Numbered from the stretch's first letter, positions 26,901 through 41,063 are shown. The stretch is DNA of 64,000 nt from Tubulanus polymorphus (GCF_964204645.1 NC_134025.1:23540299-23604298), one strand, 5' to 3'. Made by a program: numbers and translations. Notes: generated from the letters alone by a model not told the origin.

Positions 26901-29900
26901 TTTTTGCTGTGGCCTGTGGCATTAAAAGTGCTTCGTAGCCTAAGATCATTTCTGATCATTTACTGGGGAATTGAAATGTTGCCAATTCAAAATAGCTAGA
27001 AATCAATATTGTGAAGCAAATGCAAGACACTTGGACAATACCATAATACAAGTAGAGAGATGGCATATCTATTAATTATGTCCTTTGATATACAGTATTA
27101 TTGGTATTGTCTGTTCAGTGATCTGTGATTCGCTGACCGCTCTAACAATAACACAGCATTTACATACCACTCCTAGTTTCATAGCTTTCTGTTACCAACA
27201 AAACACAATCACAAACAGAATTTATACATCATTTTGTTTACATTTGTCAATGTTTTAAATGGAGGATTCATCTCATCACGAAACGATACAACAGGTTTCT
27301 TACGGGTTTCCCAATTTCATTTTCCATAACTTTTCCATACCCCATTTCCATGCCAACTTAGAACAGGCAATGCAGGCCCATTCAATGTAAATAAATGCCA
27401 AATATTAACAATACCATTTCATAAAGTTTCTCATCAAATGTGTAGTTAAGACATTTATGTATATAGCCTAAAATTCAAAGTAGAAGAAAAATTGTGTTTC
27501 TTTATCATTTTCTGATTTTCCATACATTTTCCATACGCTATAGAGTAAAAAACAAATTTCCATAAATTTCCAAGGGCCTGGAAAAATAACTACCCTTTCC
27601 AAAACTTTCTGAAACCCTTAAGAACCCTGATACAAGCAACACTGCATAAACCAGCACAAACTACTTCGAAGAGGGAATTCAACATTTTCAGTATTAAACG
27701 AAAACCTTCACAAAACAAAACATGTACTTACATCTGGATCCTTGTAGTAATAGAGCACAGGTCCCTTCAGTACAAACCATCGTTTACTCCATTTACTACC
27801 AGTGAGTTTTAAGTGAGCTATTTTCTTCTTCCACAACCATCCTTGACACATTCCCTGTCCCAAATCTTTACACGAAACACGTCGATCTGTGCGTACAAAA
27901 GAATTGAATATTAAGTCAAAATATCTGCTTCGGTTTTAAAGGAAAAGATTGAAATTTTCAAGATCAAAATCAACAAAAAATAACATATTGACAAATAACT
28001 GAATAAACCCTGCGGTTAGAGCTGGTCTATAAAACCCACTTTCAGGCTACAAATTCCAAATAACAAATCAAACTGTAACCAATTCAAAAGCATTTTGCCA
28101 TTTCAAAAGTTGATATCAACTCACCAGTTTTCTTTACTGGTTTTTGTTTACGCATCCTCACGACAGACGGTGAATTGTATGACGGCTAGAACATCGCAAA
28201 GAAAAAACATATGATCTAAACCACGAATTGGATATTGAGGCACATGAATTACAAATTATTGAGGAAAAAAACACACTCACATCTACACCAGCCATCGGAA
28301 TTTTCTGCGGGACTCCACCAACAACATTGATCATATAGCTTCCTTCTTGGCTGTTTACAAAATAGAATACAAGTATGAACTCCTAAAAATACTGTCCTCG
28401 AAAAACAATAAGGGACCATTCATTTATTACGTACGCGTGAAATTCCAATTTTTCAACCCCTCCTCCCCAAGCATACCTTAATTTAGAACCACCCCAGCGT
28501 ATATTTTTACATTTGAAATTAAATTGATAATTCTAAGTATATTCAGCTTCAAACGGATGAGTATTCCATAGATTCACGGTATATTAGATCGGTAGAAACT
28601 ATCGTAACGTAATTATCAATTTCCGGGGTATCAGCTTCTGAGACTTTCGTCGAATCGCTGTATCGGTAGTTTGTGGTCAAAGAATTTCCTTGTACAATAG
28701 ACATATTAGCGTACGTATAACGTATGATTTGACCGACTCCCCCGTAAAGATTCGTATGCATCAGATATAACCCCCTCCAACACGCGTACAAAAATAAATG
28801 AATGTCCCCTAATTCCAAAGTGCCATTTCATGCAACCAAAGGTTTGTTCAAAAGGTTATTTTTGTCGATCAAATCAACTTGTGATATCGGTACTATTCGG
28901 ACTTACTCAGACTCGGTTCTTGACTGTCCACTCGTGCTATCATTATCATCAGAAGCATCATCCTGTAAAAACAAAGCATTGTCGGTATCTATCATTCAAC
29001 GAATTCTAACAACATATACATAATCATTACTTTGCATTGAAATAGCATAACACACACAAGGAAGGTCATCAAATCGGGGAATATATTTTTCCAATTACTG
29101 CTGTAGTATTCAATTTCAAACTACATAATATCGATTTGTGTGTTTAAACCTGAAATCTGGTGATAGAAAATCCTATTACTTTCCCAAAAAATACTGCAAT
29201 ATCTCATTACGGTCTGTAATAATAATGAATACATGTCTATGGCCTGGTTGAAATGCTATGCTCAAGTAATATCTTATTTCAGGGGAAAATGCTTTTTACT
29301 TCCTCATTTTTTCCGACAATTTCATTTTGTTACAAGCTATTTTTCAGTACACGTGCTGCATTTTAGGCGACCTACAAATATGGAACTATCAAATATTGAA
29401 TTTTTTGATTGTGATATGGTGATATTATCACTTTCAACCAATGTGCACAATGATTTTAAACTTCAAAACAGGTTATTCTGGATATCTCTGGTATAATGAA
29501 TACCCGGTATTATTCACTGCTTTTTATATTTAACCTATAAACTACAGTTATATCATGTGACAAAAGTGAAACATTCATAATATTTCCTCACCCGATAATC
29601 CTTGCTGGTGCTCGATCTTTTTGTAATTTTCATCAATACTGGATCACTTTTTGCATCGAACAATGCCGGTTGTTGCACGCGAGATATTTTACGCTCTCTG
29701 CTATGAGTTTTTGCCTCGTGGCCTTTTTCTTTCTTCTTCTTCATCACGGGCGATAGATCCTTCCTACGCAAAACGGGAGATGGCCGCTGAACTTTAGTTT
29801 CACTAGTGATTTGGTAAGAACCGATCATTTCGACTGCAATAAGGTAGAACAACAATTAAAAGATTATCTGATATTCAGCTTACGGGGTTAAGCTGGAAGC

Positions 29901-32900
29901 CAGACAGGTTTATATCAAAACTGTTTCATGGTTATTGAAAATTTGATTCAAGTATTCTTCTTCTTACGCATCTCCTCTGATGTAATCGGTTACTTATAAA
30001 TACATGCTTTTAACTACAATGGGCCTAGTTCTAGAATAATCAAGAAATAACACCAGCATGATTTCATGTTTCATTATCTGGTATTCAGATCAAAATATGG
30101 CTAAAAAGAATTGATATTTTTTCTCCTTTCCGTCGAGCTTAAGTAAAAGTTTACCCGGCCAGCCGCCTATCTACCCCGTACATTATTACTTTTTTTGATA
30201 TCACGATCAAGCTAACGATAAACAAACCCGGCAGCTATAAATATGAACCGATTACAACTTTTATCACGGTTTAAAAAACAACCTGGCTGATTCAAAGAAG
30301 CTAGGTATCATTTCTTTTTTAGCCCGAACAGAACTATGGTCTTAGTCCTCGCAGTGTACACTTGTGAAGAACTGTTTCGTAAAAAAATCGTAACACACAT
30401 ACCCCCTGGAGTCTTTTCATTGGTTACAACATGGTTCGTACGATCGATTACCGGAGAAGCACCGGTTACCGTTGCGCGCCGTTTTTTCTCATCGCGGTCA
30501 AGCTGTGGAGATTCTGAACCACTTCTAAATACTTCGTTATCGGTATCAACATCCCTAAAACGATTCAAATTATTAGAGATGATTTTGTTAGTAGGAGAAA
30601 CTCAATCATTTCATTACGGAGATTACAATCGATTACATTTACATATGAAACATTTAGGGTTCTTACGGGTTTCCCAATTTCATTTTTCATAGCTTTTCAT
30701 ACCCAGGTTATAAATTTACACATCATCAATCTAGAACAGGCAATGTGGGTCTGTTCATAGTAAATAGGTGCCAATTATCAAGACCACTGACTAAGTGTTT
30801 CCATAGTTTTCAAAGGCCTAGAAAAAATTCCCATTTTCCAAGACTTTCAAAAACGTGTAAGAACCCTGAACTCTTGATAGAAATCACAAGGTTCCATTCA
30901 AAATGAGTCTTTCGCGATCCTGACAGTCCTTAATACTAGTATCAAGTACACTTATAACAATATTCACAAGTTGGGAAATAATGAATAAGAATTCACTACC
31001 AGCATTTTTGGCCCACTCTCCAAGAGCTGACTTACCAATCACTGGAAGATCTATCTAGATAACTTTCCGATCTATACTTTTTTAAACTGCCGATGATTCT
31101 ACAGAATGTATTTCGCAACATTTTCAACGGTTGGAAACTCCAACATAGTAGTTACATACGGTAATCGTATCGTAAATGCAGCTAATTCTTAATACGACAT
31201 AACTAGAGGCACGTTTCATCACAAATAATTCAATACGAAATGTATACGGCAAATCGGTAATCCAGGTTTTAGGGTTAATTTTGTCTCGTTAATGCACAGC
31301 AGTCGCGGTAGCGCTACAATCATTAACAAGGTCGCAAGAAAGAATGATCAACATGCAGTATATTGATACTGGAAACGAGTGTACACACAAATATGTGACA
31401 GACATCGTGATAAGGGTAATAAATAAAACACCGAGTTGAAATGAATCACTACATTGCGCCACATCATCGAGAGATGAGGTATTGAAAATTTTGAAACGGA
31501 AGTGAGAATAAAAGGTGGTTATAACAGTGATAGACCGTGCACATACAGGCATTGAATATTGACAATTAGAATCGAGTTCATTGTTAATAAATTCACCTCG
31601 CAAATTACTCATTACCAACCTTGACCAACCTATTGGCTAGGTTTCATTATAGAACACCGGGTCCACTAGGTCATAATTTTGTTACGGGGAAAAAAAATCT
31701 CATGTGTTTTGTGATATCAAATAATACTTTGATTCAAAATAAAAACAGTACAAGGAAAACCCCATTATTCCTTTCCTATTAGATCTATGGAGAATAAATG
31801 CTATTCGGAAATATCCTCAATCAATAGAGCCTTCAGGAACCTCATCTTCCTTAATTGGGGAAATTCATCACATTTAAAAACAAATGAACACACCGACATT
31901 CATTCTGACAGAACTCTTCTCTCGGACAACAAAATTTTTACCTGTTTCGGAAAAGTAGACTGCAGCGGTTAATACGATGAGAAGACATTTTATTTCTGTT
32001 GATTATGGTAAATTTGTTGAACATACAAATGAAATACCCATCAAGCGATTTACTCATGAAAATAATAAGTACTCGTTCCAGGAAGTATGATCGGTAATCA
32101 TAAACAAACACGTATTCAGTGAAGAGGCAAAAGCTTGAAAGCTGTATATACACTACGTATCAGAAGAATGATTAAACTCGTACCTTCCGGGTAGTTTGTC
32201 TTGAGACGGGGGTATAGCAGCTAGTAGCGGAGAACGAGTCGTCAGTTTATCGGCACCGCTGACACCACCGGATCGACGTTTATGCGCTTTCGGAAACGTC
32301 GACTGAAGCGGTTTCGGTTTCTGTTTACGGCGTATCGGTTTTCCGTAAGTGCTCGAATGATACGGACGTTTCTTCAACGTTAAATATATCTCTTTGTGAT
32401 TCTCCCGCATCAGGCTGACGAGCTTTTTATGCTGCCACGCAATCTACACATTAAAGATAATTGTTTCGGCCGGTAAAAAATCTTCATGTTGCCTCATGCT
32501 GCTATAAGATCAATATACTTGTATTCTGGTGTATCGTTAGATGGCAACTTATTGTTTAAATCTACTTACCCGGTAGTTAAATGAATCCTGTTTTATACGA
32601 TTTTTTACATGCAATCGAAATTAAAAATTCTATTTACCACTGTTTGATAATTCACTTGAACCACTTCATCTCCTTCTTCAACTTTTCCGGATACATGCGC
32701 AGGGGACTGGAATCATAAACAAACATTTACCGACGTACCGTATTACTATGACCGAGGAAACCAAAATTAAACCAGTGCATATCACGAATATTAGAGGCAA
32801 AACACTTACAGGATTATTCACGGCACTTATAGTGTGAATTCCATCATAGGATGAGTGGATGTGAATACCCTAGAAGATAGCAAAGTTACAAATGATATAA

Positions 32901-35347
32901 AAGATTATCATAACTGAAAGATAATCATAACTTATGATAATCTTTCAGTTTTGATAACTTAACTTTGAAGACAACCAAATATTCATGATTAATTCATGGA
33001 TGTAATCTTACGAGTTCCTCAGCCGGCTTCTTTCGAATATTAGCAAACTCCAGAGTTGCTGGTTGTATGACCAACGAATCTTTAGCATTTCGGATGAGAT
33101 TGTCACAGATTTCAGCTAATTTCATACTCTAGAAAAAATTGACAAAAGAATTTCGTCAATTGATCAGTAAACAATAACACAAAATCTCTTTAAGACGAGA
33201 ATAGGAAGGTCTATGACATTTGAAACTCACGATGTCCAGTATTTTTTCTAAATTTGTTGGAGAACACGTGTCGCTTTGAGATGCGGCCAGGAGTTCCATA
33301 CTCAGCTTCATTATGTTGTTATGAAGAATGATATATTCATCAGTCAGTTCAAATGGAAATCTATAATAACAAAACGTCAATTATTGAATAGAAAACACCT
33401 GAACGAAAATGAGATACCACGGTACTGGTTAACCGTACATTTGAAGAACACCAACTTAATGATTTGGTGAATTGCTTGATAATCTGATAATTTCAATTTT
33501 CAATGCCCCTTCGTGAACAAATAAGAGAAGTGGGCTAATAAGTGCTGATATGATTCTATAAAACACAGGCCTACCTGTTCAACCAGGATAGCATTGTCTT
33601 TGTAGCTCGAATCACATAACATACACCGGATAGGATCGAAACACAGTGTCCTGACCTCAAACGAGGACTACCACTGCTGTCTGAATAATAGTCCATCACT
33701 TCATTACGCAGTGTATTTGATGTGCAGCTCACCTGCAGGGCCAGAGCCTGCAGATTCTCACGTTCTAAACCAAAATGCTAGAAAAGAAAGGCAATACTCT
33801 TTAGTATGACAGTAAATCATATCACAAATCTACTCAAGACCTGCTGGTATTCAGACTTAAAGTTATAATACTTAGCCAACTTATTTGTAAGGCTAGTTAA
33901 CTCAAAATTTCTAAACATGTTCTATTTCAAAACTTACTAAATTGCACAATAGTTCAAGAGCTTCCAGAATTATTTCCTGATGGCCGAGTTTGTTGATGCC
34001 GAGAGCTTCCAGATTATCAGCACCAAAGTATAGAAGCTGTTTTCCATTGACTTCGTGATTTAAGAAGAAATGAACGTATGGTAGAATGACATCATCAAGA
34101 CCTGAAAATTTTAAATCATTTCATTCATCAAATGCTGGTAGCGCAAAGTCGTTTATTTGACATTTATCCGAGAATGACTCAAAATCTTGCGTAAACTAAC
34201 CAGGTCATGTGTCGATTTTACTTGAAGTTCAAGTGGATAAAAATTGCCTCAAAAAATATTGGTGAAATAATAGGCCAACCTTTTTCATAAGAAAATTGCC
34301 TCATAAACGAAACACAATATCACCAAACAAACGCAAAAGAAAAATAATTGGAGGTGATGGTAATTTAATCAAAATCAGTTTATGGAGGTGAATTTAAAAT
34401 CATCGCATATTTGGCTTCGGTGTATTAATGTCAGAGGGTGTGATAGTGATTACAGGCTATACAACTGAAGTTCTCAGTGGAACCTCGTTATAACTCAAAT
34501 ATAATGACTCATCGGATATTACAAATATAAAATTGTGTCCCAAATAAGACAATTGAATGACATTCATAATGGATAAAACTATTGGTTATAATGAACAAAT
34601 CTTCTGGTCGCCTGAAGCTTGTTGTAACGCAGTGGATAGGCCTATTTTAGTGTGTTTATTTCCGCTATTTTACCGTACATCATCGCTGATTGGCTGATTT
34701 ACAGAGGTGTACAACTTAGAAAATTTGAGGAAAGTGTGGTGGAGAACAAAGTTAGAGAAAAATAGAGTGGATAGAGCGAGACTCGAACCCGGACCAGTAT
34801 ATTACTAGCACAGCGTCATCCCACTAGACCACCGAGCTCACTGAAAACCAACCTAATGTTTTAACTATCTATAGGCCTAGTACCTCACCTTACCCTATCC
34901 CTAGGGGTAAAACGGACCCTCTAACCCTAACCCTCTGGGTCCTTTAAACCCTAAACCCATCAGAAACCCTAACCCTAAACCCAATAAAATGATTTTATTG
35001 TTACTTCATTTAGTTAATACTATAATATAGAGTAATTATATAAAATAGCGGAAGTAAACACTTTGCTGTATACGGTTAAATATCCATTCGTTGTTGTAAC
35101 GAGGTTCAGCTGCAGTCTCTCGATGTGAAACGTTATGTCGTTAGGGGAACGGCCCCTATATGTTATGATACATTGCGATGCTCTAGTGTCAGACTCCGTT
35201 GACGTCGTGTGGTATTTGCTAAGTCCCAAGGGACAGAGTTTGTAAATCAACAACAAAAAACAGCAAGAGAAGAAGAGCAAGCAACCTACCCCTTAACCAT
35301 TCAGCCACTTGCTCCGGGCTCCAGGACGGTACATTGACAAATGCCAT
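23980..35347 (-). CDS. CNKSR2: Connector enhancer of kinase suppressor of Ras (CNK/CNKSR) scaffold: SAM, CRIC, PDZ, PH and C-terminal coiled coil
   Basis: ATG 35347 MAFVNVPSWSPEQVAEWLRG-LDDVILPYVHFFLNHEVNGKQLL...LGHQEIILEALELL (SAM); MLSWLNRFPF (CRIC); LGIHIHSSYDGIHTI...GDEVVQVNYQTVIAWQHKKLV...LKKRP (PDZ); RRVSCKDLGQGMCQGWLWKKK...WSKRWFVLK (PH); YSESEEE; LQSLQRTLKDKERDL; stop TGA 23980-23982. The paralog number in the symbol is approximate. Confidence 0.93.
27292..27629. mobile_element. MITE with CAGGG-type termini (copy 1) in a CNK intron
   Basis: Starts CAGGTTTCTTACGGGTTTCCCAATTTCA, ends AAGAACCCTG, and is flanked by ATACAA on both sides. A related copy lies at 30655-30868. Confidence 0.7.
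28412..28809. mobile_element. PIF/Harbinger-type MITE in a CNK intron
   Basis: TAA|GGGACCATTCATTTATTACGTACGCGTG ... CACGCGTACAAAAATAAATGAATGTCCCC|TAA, i.e. TIRs plus a TAA duplication. Confidence 0.8.
30655..30868. mobile_element. MITE with CAGGG-type termini (copy 2, internally shorter)
   Basis: AGGGTTCTTACGGGTTTCCCAATTTCA ... AAGAACCCTG; shares AGAACAGGCAATG and other blocks with 27292-27629. Confidence 0.7.
34769..34839 (-). mobile_element. tRNA-derived SINE head or tRNA pseudogene in CNK intron 1
   Basis: The minus strand has a Pol III A box TGGTCTAGTGG (34821-34831) and B box GGTTCGAGTCT (34779-34789) at tRNA-like spacing, but no pairing acceptor stem. Confidence 0.6.
34887..34983. repeat. 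Degenerate telomere-like (TAACCC/TAAACCC) repeats
   Basis: TAACCCTAACCCT, TAAACCCTAAACCC and AAACCCTAACCCTAAACCC occur in a short cluster. Confidence 0.7.
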
Positions 35348-35597
35348 CGCCGTAGTAGAATTCCCACTCTCAGTGTCATAAACTTTCATTAAAACAACTA
35401 GTCTTCAACACCTTTAAGATGCGTCAAGGTGGTCCACGTCTTCGTTTTCATCGATATTCGTTGTGTATTCTTTCATTTCCCGTGATTTCCCGGTGCGGAG
35501 ATAATAGAGCGCAGCGTTTATCAGCGTGAGCGTCGAAGAACAAAAAAATTGAAAACATTATCACGAAATACCAACAGCATTACTCACTTCCCTATGG

Positions 35598-35750
35598 GTC
35601 AATTCAATTCAATTCATACTTTATTGCTAAATAATTGAAATACAACATATCGGATTAAGACAAAAATGATATAACATAGAACAAACTATGGAGAGACAAA
35701 AACTATTTACAATATGACAAAGAAGTGCCATCTTCTCAGTTTCACAATGA
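35598..35750 (-). mobile_element. Probable 3' end of a non-LTR retrotransposon
   Basis: The minus strand reads CAATAAAGTATGAATTGAATTGAATTG: AATAAA followed by a short (TTGAA)n tail, as found at LINE/SINE 3' ends. The upstream boundary is approximate. Confidence 0.4.
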
Positions 35751-36152
35751 ACCGGGGTCATGACGAGGTTTTGAAAAAATTTTGAAATCAAATCTAATTT
35801 TTTTGTATAAAGCATGCACCCGTATGCATCTATAGTAGTCTAGTGAAAAAATTTTTTAAATATTTTTATCCAAACTCGAGAAAAGCCTGTGGCAACGGCC
35901 CTAGCAACGAGATTGGTGCTGTTTCTCTCAATTTTCATACTATCGTTTTTCTGACTATATCCGGATCGTTCCAGAGTAAATAAGAATTACTTTTCCAGAA
36001 ATATCCGACGTGGACTCCCAATGAATATAAGAAAACAGTTTTGTTTCGACCGTTAAGCTCTCATGACATTTATTGGGCTTTCATCACTCTGCTCCTCTTC
36101 AAGTGGCCCCTCTGACGGACCATGATCCTGCGCCATTACACTTTGGACACCA

Positions 36153-36280
36153 GGAAAACACTGTCATGTCATCGGGATAGTTTCAACTGTTTCGAAATTT
36201 GCTCATTTCATACGTTGGAAAAGACTGTCATGTCATCGGGATAGTTTCAACTGTTTCGAAATTTGCTCATTTCATACGTT
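36153..36280. repeat. Near-perfect 2 x 64-bp tandem duplication
   Basis: GGAAAA(C/G)ACTGTCATGTCATCGGGATAGTTTCAACTGTTTCGAAATTTGCTCATTTCATACGTT at 36153 and 36217. Confidence 0.95.
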
Positions 36281-36814
36281 ATGTATGGATGTCAACACGC
36301 GCGACTAACAACATAGGACTACGATAACATTTCTTACAGAAGAAAAAACTACGATAGATTTTCTGACTTTTTACACATGAAAAACGACAAAAATGGCGAA
36401 AAAGCCTGTAATATCTTAACTCATTATCATAGCTGTTTCCAAATTATCGATAGGAATAGGGCCAGTCCTTGCTGGTCTTGGTTGGATTGGAAGATCATTT
36501 ATACGAAGAGGAACCGAATTGTACATTAATATTTTTTGCTACCTAAACTGGGCAGAATATTGCAGAGAAAAATATGCCACGAGGACTATAAAAAGCGCAA
36601 GGTTTTGTGCATTGTTGCGAATATACGTATAATTTAGCACAATTTACTACCTTAAGTATATATTTTAGCGACGCTTTATTTATGACACTCGATTGAAGCC
36701 GGCTGTCAGTCAATATGGGTCAATCATAGTTTTCCTCTCACTGTCCCAGTATACTACTCCTGTCAAGCCAAGCCAGCAAGACGCTTTTTCAAAAATAACG
36801 AAAGTTGTCGAAAT

Positions 36815-38696
36815 ATGGTTTTCTCGATACGCCTGGCGTTCTTCGGTATTCTTACGACTTTTGGTAAGTGAAATTCATTTTCATAAACTAGAGTTACAGC
36901 GATCATGGTGATTATATATTACCTTCACCCGGGAGGTGTTGTTTCGCCACCGCGTCCCGTTTGTGGGGTGAGCAAAATCATCTGTTCGCAAAATAGCTCA
37001 AAAAGTCAACGGATTTCTTGACGATTTTCACGAGATTGTTAATAAGTATTTTTCGCGAGGGGGATATAATTAACACGGGGATATTTTTACTTAAAATTCG
37101 AAAGTAAATGAAATGGTAACAAATAGGTGTTGTTATTTACGGTGTGAAAATTGCACGTACTTGAATATTGAAGGAAATGCGCTGGTAATTCTTCAATATT
37201 GCTGAAATCTAGAGGCAATTGTGTCATTTTTGGCTAGAAATTGATAGAAATAAAATCACTTATCGGCGTTGGTGTTAGTTATGATCTACAGCAATTCAAC
37301 CTTTTGGATAGATGATTGATTTTTCTATGATTACAGTTATTGTGATGTATATGATCGTGTGGACCCATCAAGGCTACGAATTGAAAGAAGAAAGAAAACT
37401 AGTACCACCAGGAAATACAATTAACAGACGTGATCTGAGCGCGCCCGTAAAACTGGTGATTTTGGGATATCTTCGCGGTGGCACAACATTCTTCAGCGAG
37501 ATATTCAATAGAAATGGAAACGCGTTTTTCTGGTTCGAACCACTAGCGGTCCACTACTTACACAAGTACGGGGTACATGTCGATCCTATACATATATTCA
37601 ACGGAGTTAGAGATTCTCCAATACGGTAAGTTGTAAAACAGGTAGTTTCGATTCCACCGAGTTGATCTTGACGATGTAATATAGCTTAGATATCAAAACA
37701 TAAAGACTTGCTATCATATGTTTGGAGAGTTTAATTCTTCAATGTTTCTATTCCAGGATGACCCACGAAGATGAAAATGAAGTCATGGAAACGTTAGATG
37801 ATTTACTGAATTGTCGATATCCGACTTCTGCTGTACCCGTTGATTATTTAAGTCACCGCTTTATGCTCACAGGCAGCCGATCTGTCTGGAAAACTGGTTA
37901 TCCCCGATGTGTTAAAAAATCAATGAATATGACTTCCATTCGGAATTGCTATCGTAAACTTCCGCGTTGCTCTGCCCCAAGCTCAAATTGTACGTCGATA
38001 CTGGCCGCATTGAGAAATAATAAAGGAAACGTATCGAAAGTCGAATCAATTAGCAGATCGAAATGGAAAGTGCAAGCATTTAGAAATTGGTATAAATGCA
38101 TGAAAAAGGTGTACGAAAGCCAGAACATAAAGGCATGTCTCAAAAGAACCTTTCTCGTCGAAAGGTGTAAGGAAACTGGTATTCGCGTGACCAAACTTAT
38201 TCGTCTTAGCATGGAAACAATTCAACGTCTGGCGGAAAACCATCCTGATTGGTTGTTTTTATATTACGTACGGGATCCACGTGGCATTCTTAAGTCCCGA
38301 GAATCTATTCGAATTTTGTCGAGACAAAATATATTCGAGGAAGCGAAACTTCTCTGCTCTCGTATGAAATCCGATATGCATATTTTCAAAGAAATGACGA
38401 AAAAATACCCCGATCGCTTTTTCTTTTTGCAGTACGAAGCATTCGCCAAGGAACCGGTCCGGAAGGCGAAAGGTGTATACAGGCTTCTAGGGCGTACATT
38501 ACCGGACTCAATCGTAAAGGAAATACGTAAGATGTCGCAAACTGCCCATAACGGCAACAACATGAACACGAATAGAAAAGATCCTTTTCGTGTTGCTAAC
38601 GCGTGGCAGAAAAATATGACAATTCACGAAGCTAAACAAATCAAACTGTACTGTTCAGATGTGTACGAGGCTTTGGGATATTCAATAAGCATCTAG
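36815..38696 (+). CDS. Golgi carbohydrate sulfotransferase (CHST1/GlcNAc-6-O-ST-like family), copy A
   Basis: Exons 36815-36863, 37337-37625 and 37757-38696. Type II anchor MVFSIRLAFFGILTTFVIVMYMIVW; 5'-PSB GYLRGGTTF; FFWFEPL; TKLIR; 3'-PB YVRDPRGILKSR; LQYEAF. Confidence 0.9.
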
Positions 38697-39033
38697 TCGG
38701 TCGTCTAGTTTAATTCACTTCGTCAATCATTTGCAATTTCCGATCGATAAATCTCTCGAAATTACTTGCATAGTTCATTGGATTTTCAGAAATAAATTAC
38801 GCCTGCTAGAGTATATGACGGATAACGTATGTTAAAACATTGATTTACCGTGCGGATGATTTCGAAAACGATCATATATAAACCGCCTGCGACATCTGTA
38901 TATCTAATTTTTCAAATCTTCTTTTCGGGCTCGAAAATCATTGTGATAAATTACAGCTGGCTCCTCCCGTGCATATATTTCCCTTGAAACCTTACTATAG
39001 GTATATATTCCTTCTGTATCCCGAAGGATCAGG

Positions 39034-41063
39034 ATGATAACGAAGCCTGTTCGTCGTTTTTTATTCGTCGTTTCTTTCGTGGCTGCTGTGTATCTTCGTA
39101 AGTTTAAAAAGACGCTATTCACTTTACTTTTACTTCTCTTTATTTCACGGCTAAAGCTTCATAACAAAATGATAATGTTGACTGGATAAGCAGGGCTGGG
39201 CCTTTTCTGTAACTTTTATTACAGTCCTGGGCCTATCATTTTCATTGTGGAAGCATCCATTGCGGAACGACACGGCAATCAACACACAAACGCCTATCGG
39301 TGATAGACCAGAAATCATATCCAATTCAACTTCAAGGAAATTTCCCCTGAAAGTGATAATACTAGGGTACATGCGCGGAGGAACTACATTTCTCGGGGAA
39401 ATCTTCAAGAGCAATACAAATGCATTTTACTGGTTTGAACCAATTGCGTTGCACTACCTCTATAGATATGGTCTATGGTTTCAACCAATGGATATATTTC
39501 CATCGTCAGACTATCAGAAAATTACGTAAGTTTTACTCACATTTTAAGTCACTTCCTTTTCAAAAGCCGTGGTACAAATAGATTTGTCCATGGCCGCCCT
39601 CCCGTCGGTAAACAGAATCTTGTATTCTTGGAAAGCACTTTTGCTTATATTTTGTAATGTTTCGTGGGAAATTCCGAAGATAATTATCTTGAGGTTTGGT
39701 ACGTAAGTAGACCTATATGCATTTCCCTGGTCTTGGCATCACACCAAATATAATTGGTCTATCGGAAACAGGGCGTCTTTTGGAACAAAAAGGTCATTTG
39801 AAGTTTTTTTTACATCATTATTACATTGGAATTGTAGTTTAACGTTTCAAACGGGTTTTTGGATCAGTCGATTTTTACGCTGTGCGCGGCCATCTTAGTT
39901 TCATCAGTACTAGTTCTTATGTGGAGAATGGTTTGCTATAAGAAGATACTAACAGGCTTTTTGGGTTTGAAATTACCCAGTGTATTGTCCTCACCTTCGG
40001 AGGACGGAGTTAGGTGTTGAAATATATATATCAATTATTTCACTATTTCCAAATACCTAAAATATTGCTCCAATAATCTATCAATAGCTTTTATTGTTTG
40101 CGCAGGATGACAGAGGGAGACGAAGAAGCTATAGACGCCGCTTTGGATGCGTTGTTGTCATGTAAACTTGATTCACCTCGCATACACGACGAATATTTAT
40201 CGCACGCGTTTAACATGTACTTTTCATCCCTGATGCAAACTGGATATTTAGATTGTTTCAGAAGAAAAACGAAACAATCAGATTTTGTGTTATTGAATTG
40301 TTACTATAAACTTCCAATCTATACGTGCCTAAACAACGTCACGTACTGTTCACGTATATTAACTGAATTCAGACGCAAGGGTCATAACGCCTCATACAGA
40401 AAATCTCTCTTCAAATCTGATGAAGATATAAATAAATTCAGAGATTGGTACAAGTGCATGGGGCCGATATATAAATCAAACGCGATAAAAGAGTGTCTTG
40501 CCGAAGTAGATTTAATCGCTAAGTGTGAGAAAAGTAAAATTCGCGCAGCGAAAATAATACGTGGAAACGTGAAGCAAATACATCGTCTGGCAAAGAAACA
40601 TCCTGATTGGCTGTTTATTTATTACGTACGCGACCCACGTGGTATCATTAAGTCACGTGATGCGAATAAGTTGTTCACGGCAAAAGACGTAATTGAAGAG
40701 ACTCGAGTTTTATGTTCTCGGATGAAAAGTGACAAGATGAGCTTCGACCAAATGTCCGCTGAATTTCCAAATCGTGTGTTATTTTTGAAATACGAAATGT
40801 ACGCCCAAAATCCAATGAAAACGGCCGAGGAAACGTTTATGTTTTTGGGCAGTAGATTTCCGAAGCATGTATCCGATACACTGTACATTATGACACATGC
40901 AGATCACACAAATAAAATAGGCAATATGGGTACATATAAAATAAATTCCACTAAAGCTATGAATGCTTGGCAAGATAAAGTAACGTTGACTGAGGTGAAG
41001 AAAATGAATGAGTTCTGTAGAGATTTGTACGTCGATTTAGGCTATTCCGAATATGGATTGTAA
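39034..41063 (+). CDS. Golgi carbohydrate sulfotransferase, copy B
   Basis: Exons 39034-39097, 39225-39525 and 40106-41063. Anchor FLFVVSFVAAVYLLLGLSFSLW; GYMRGGTTF; FYWFEPI; YVRDPRGIIKSR; LKYE. Confidence 0.9.

Noticed and set aside
31036-31260. Internal non-coding first exons for a short IPCEF1-like CNK isoform
   Set aside because: The 63-nt exon is open in the CNK frame, so it is better explained as coding. No in-frame start or promoter evidence was found upstream of the weak donor at 31159.
34769-34839. Functional tRNA gene
   Set aside because: A and B boxes are present, but the acceptor and anticodon stems do not pair.
34887-34983. True telomere or scaffold end
   Set aside because: Only a few degenerate units, inside an intron of an intact gene.
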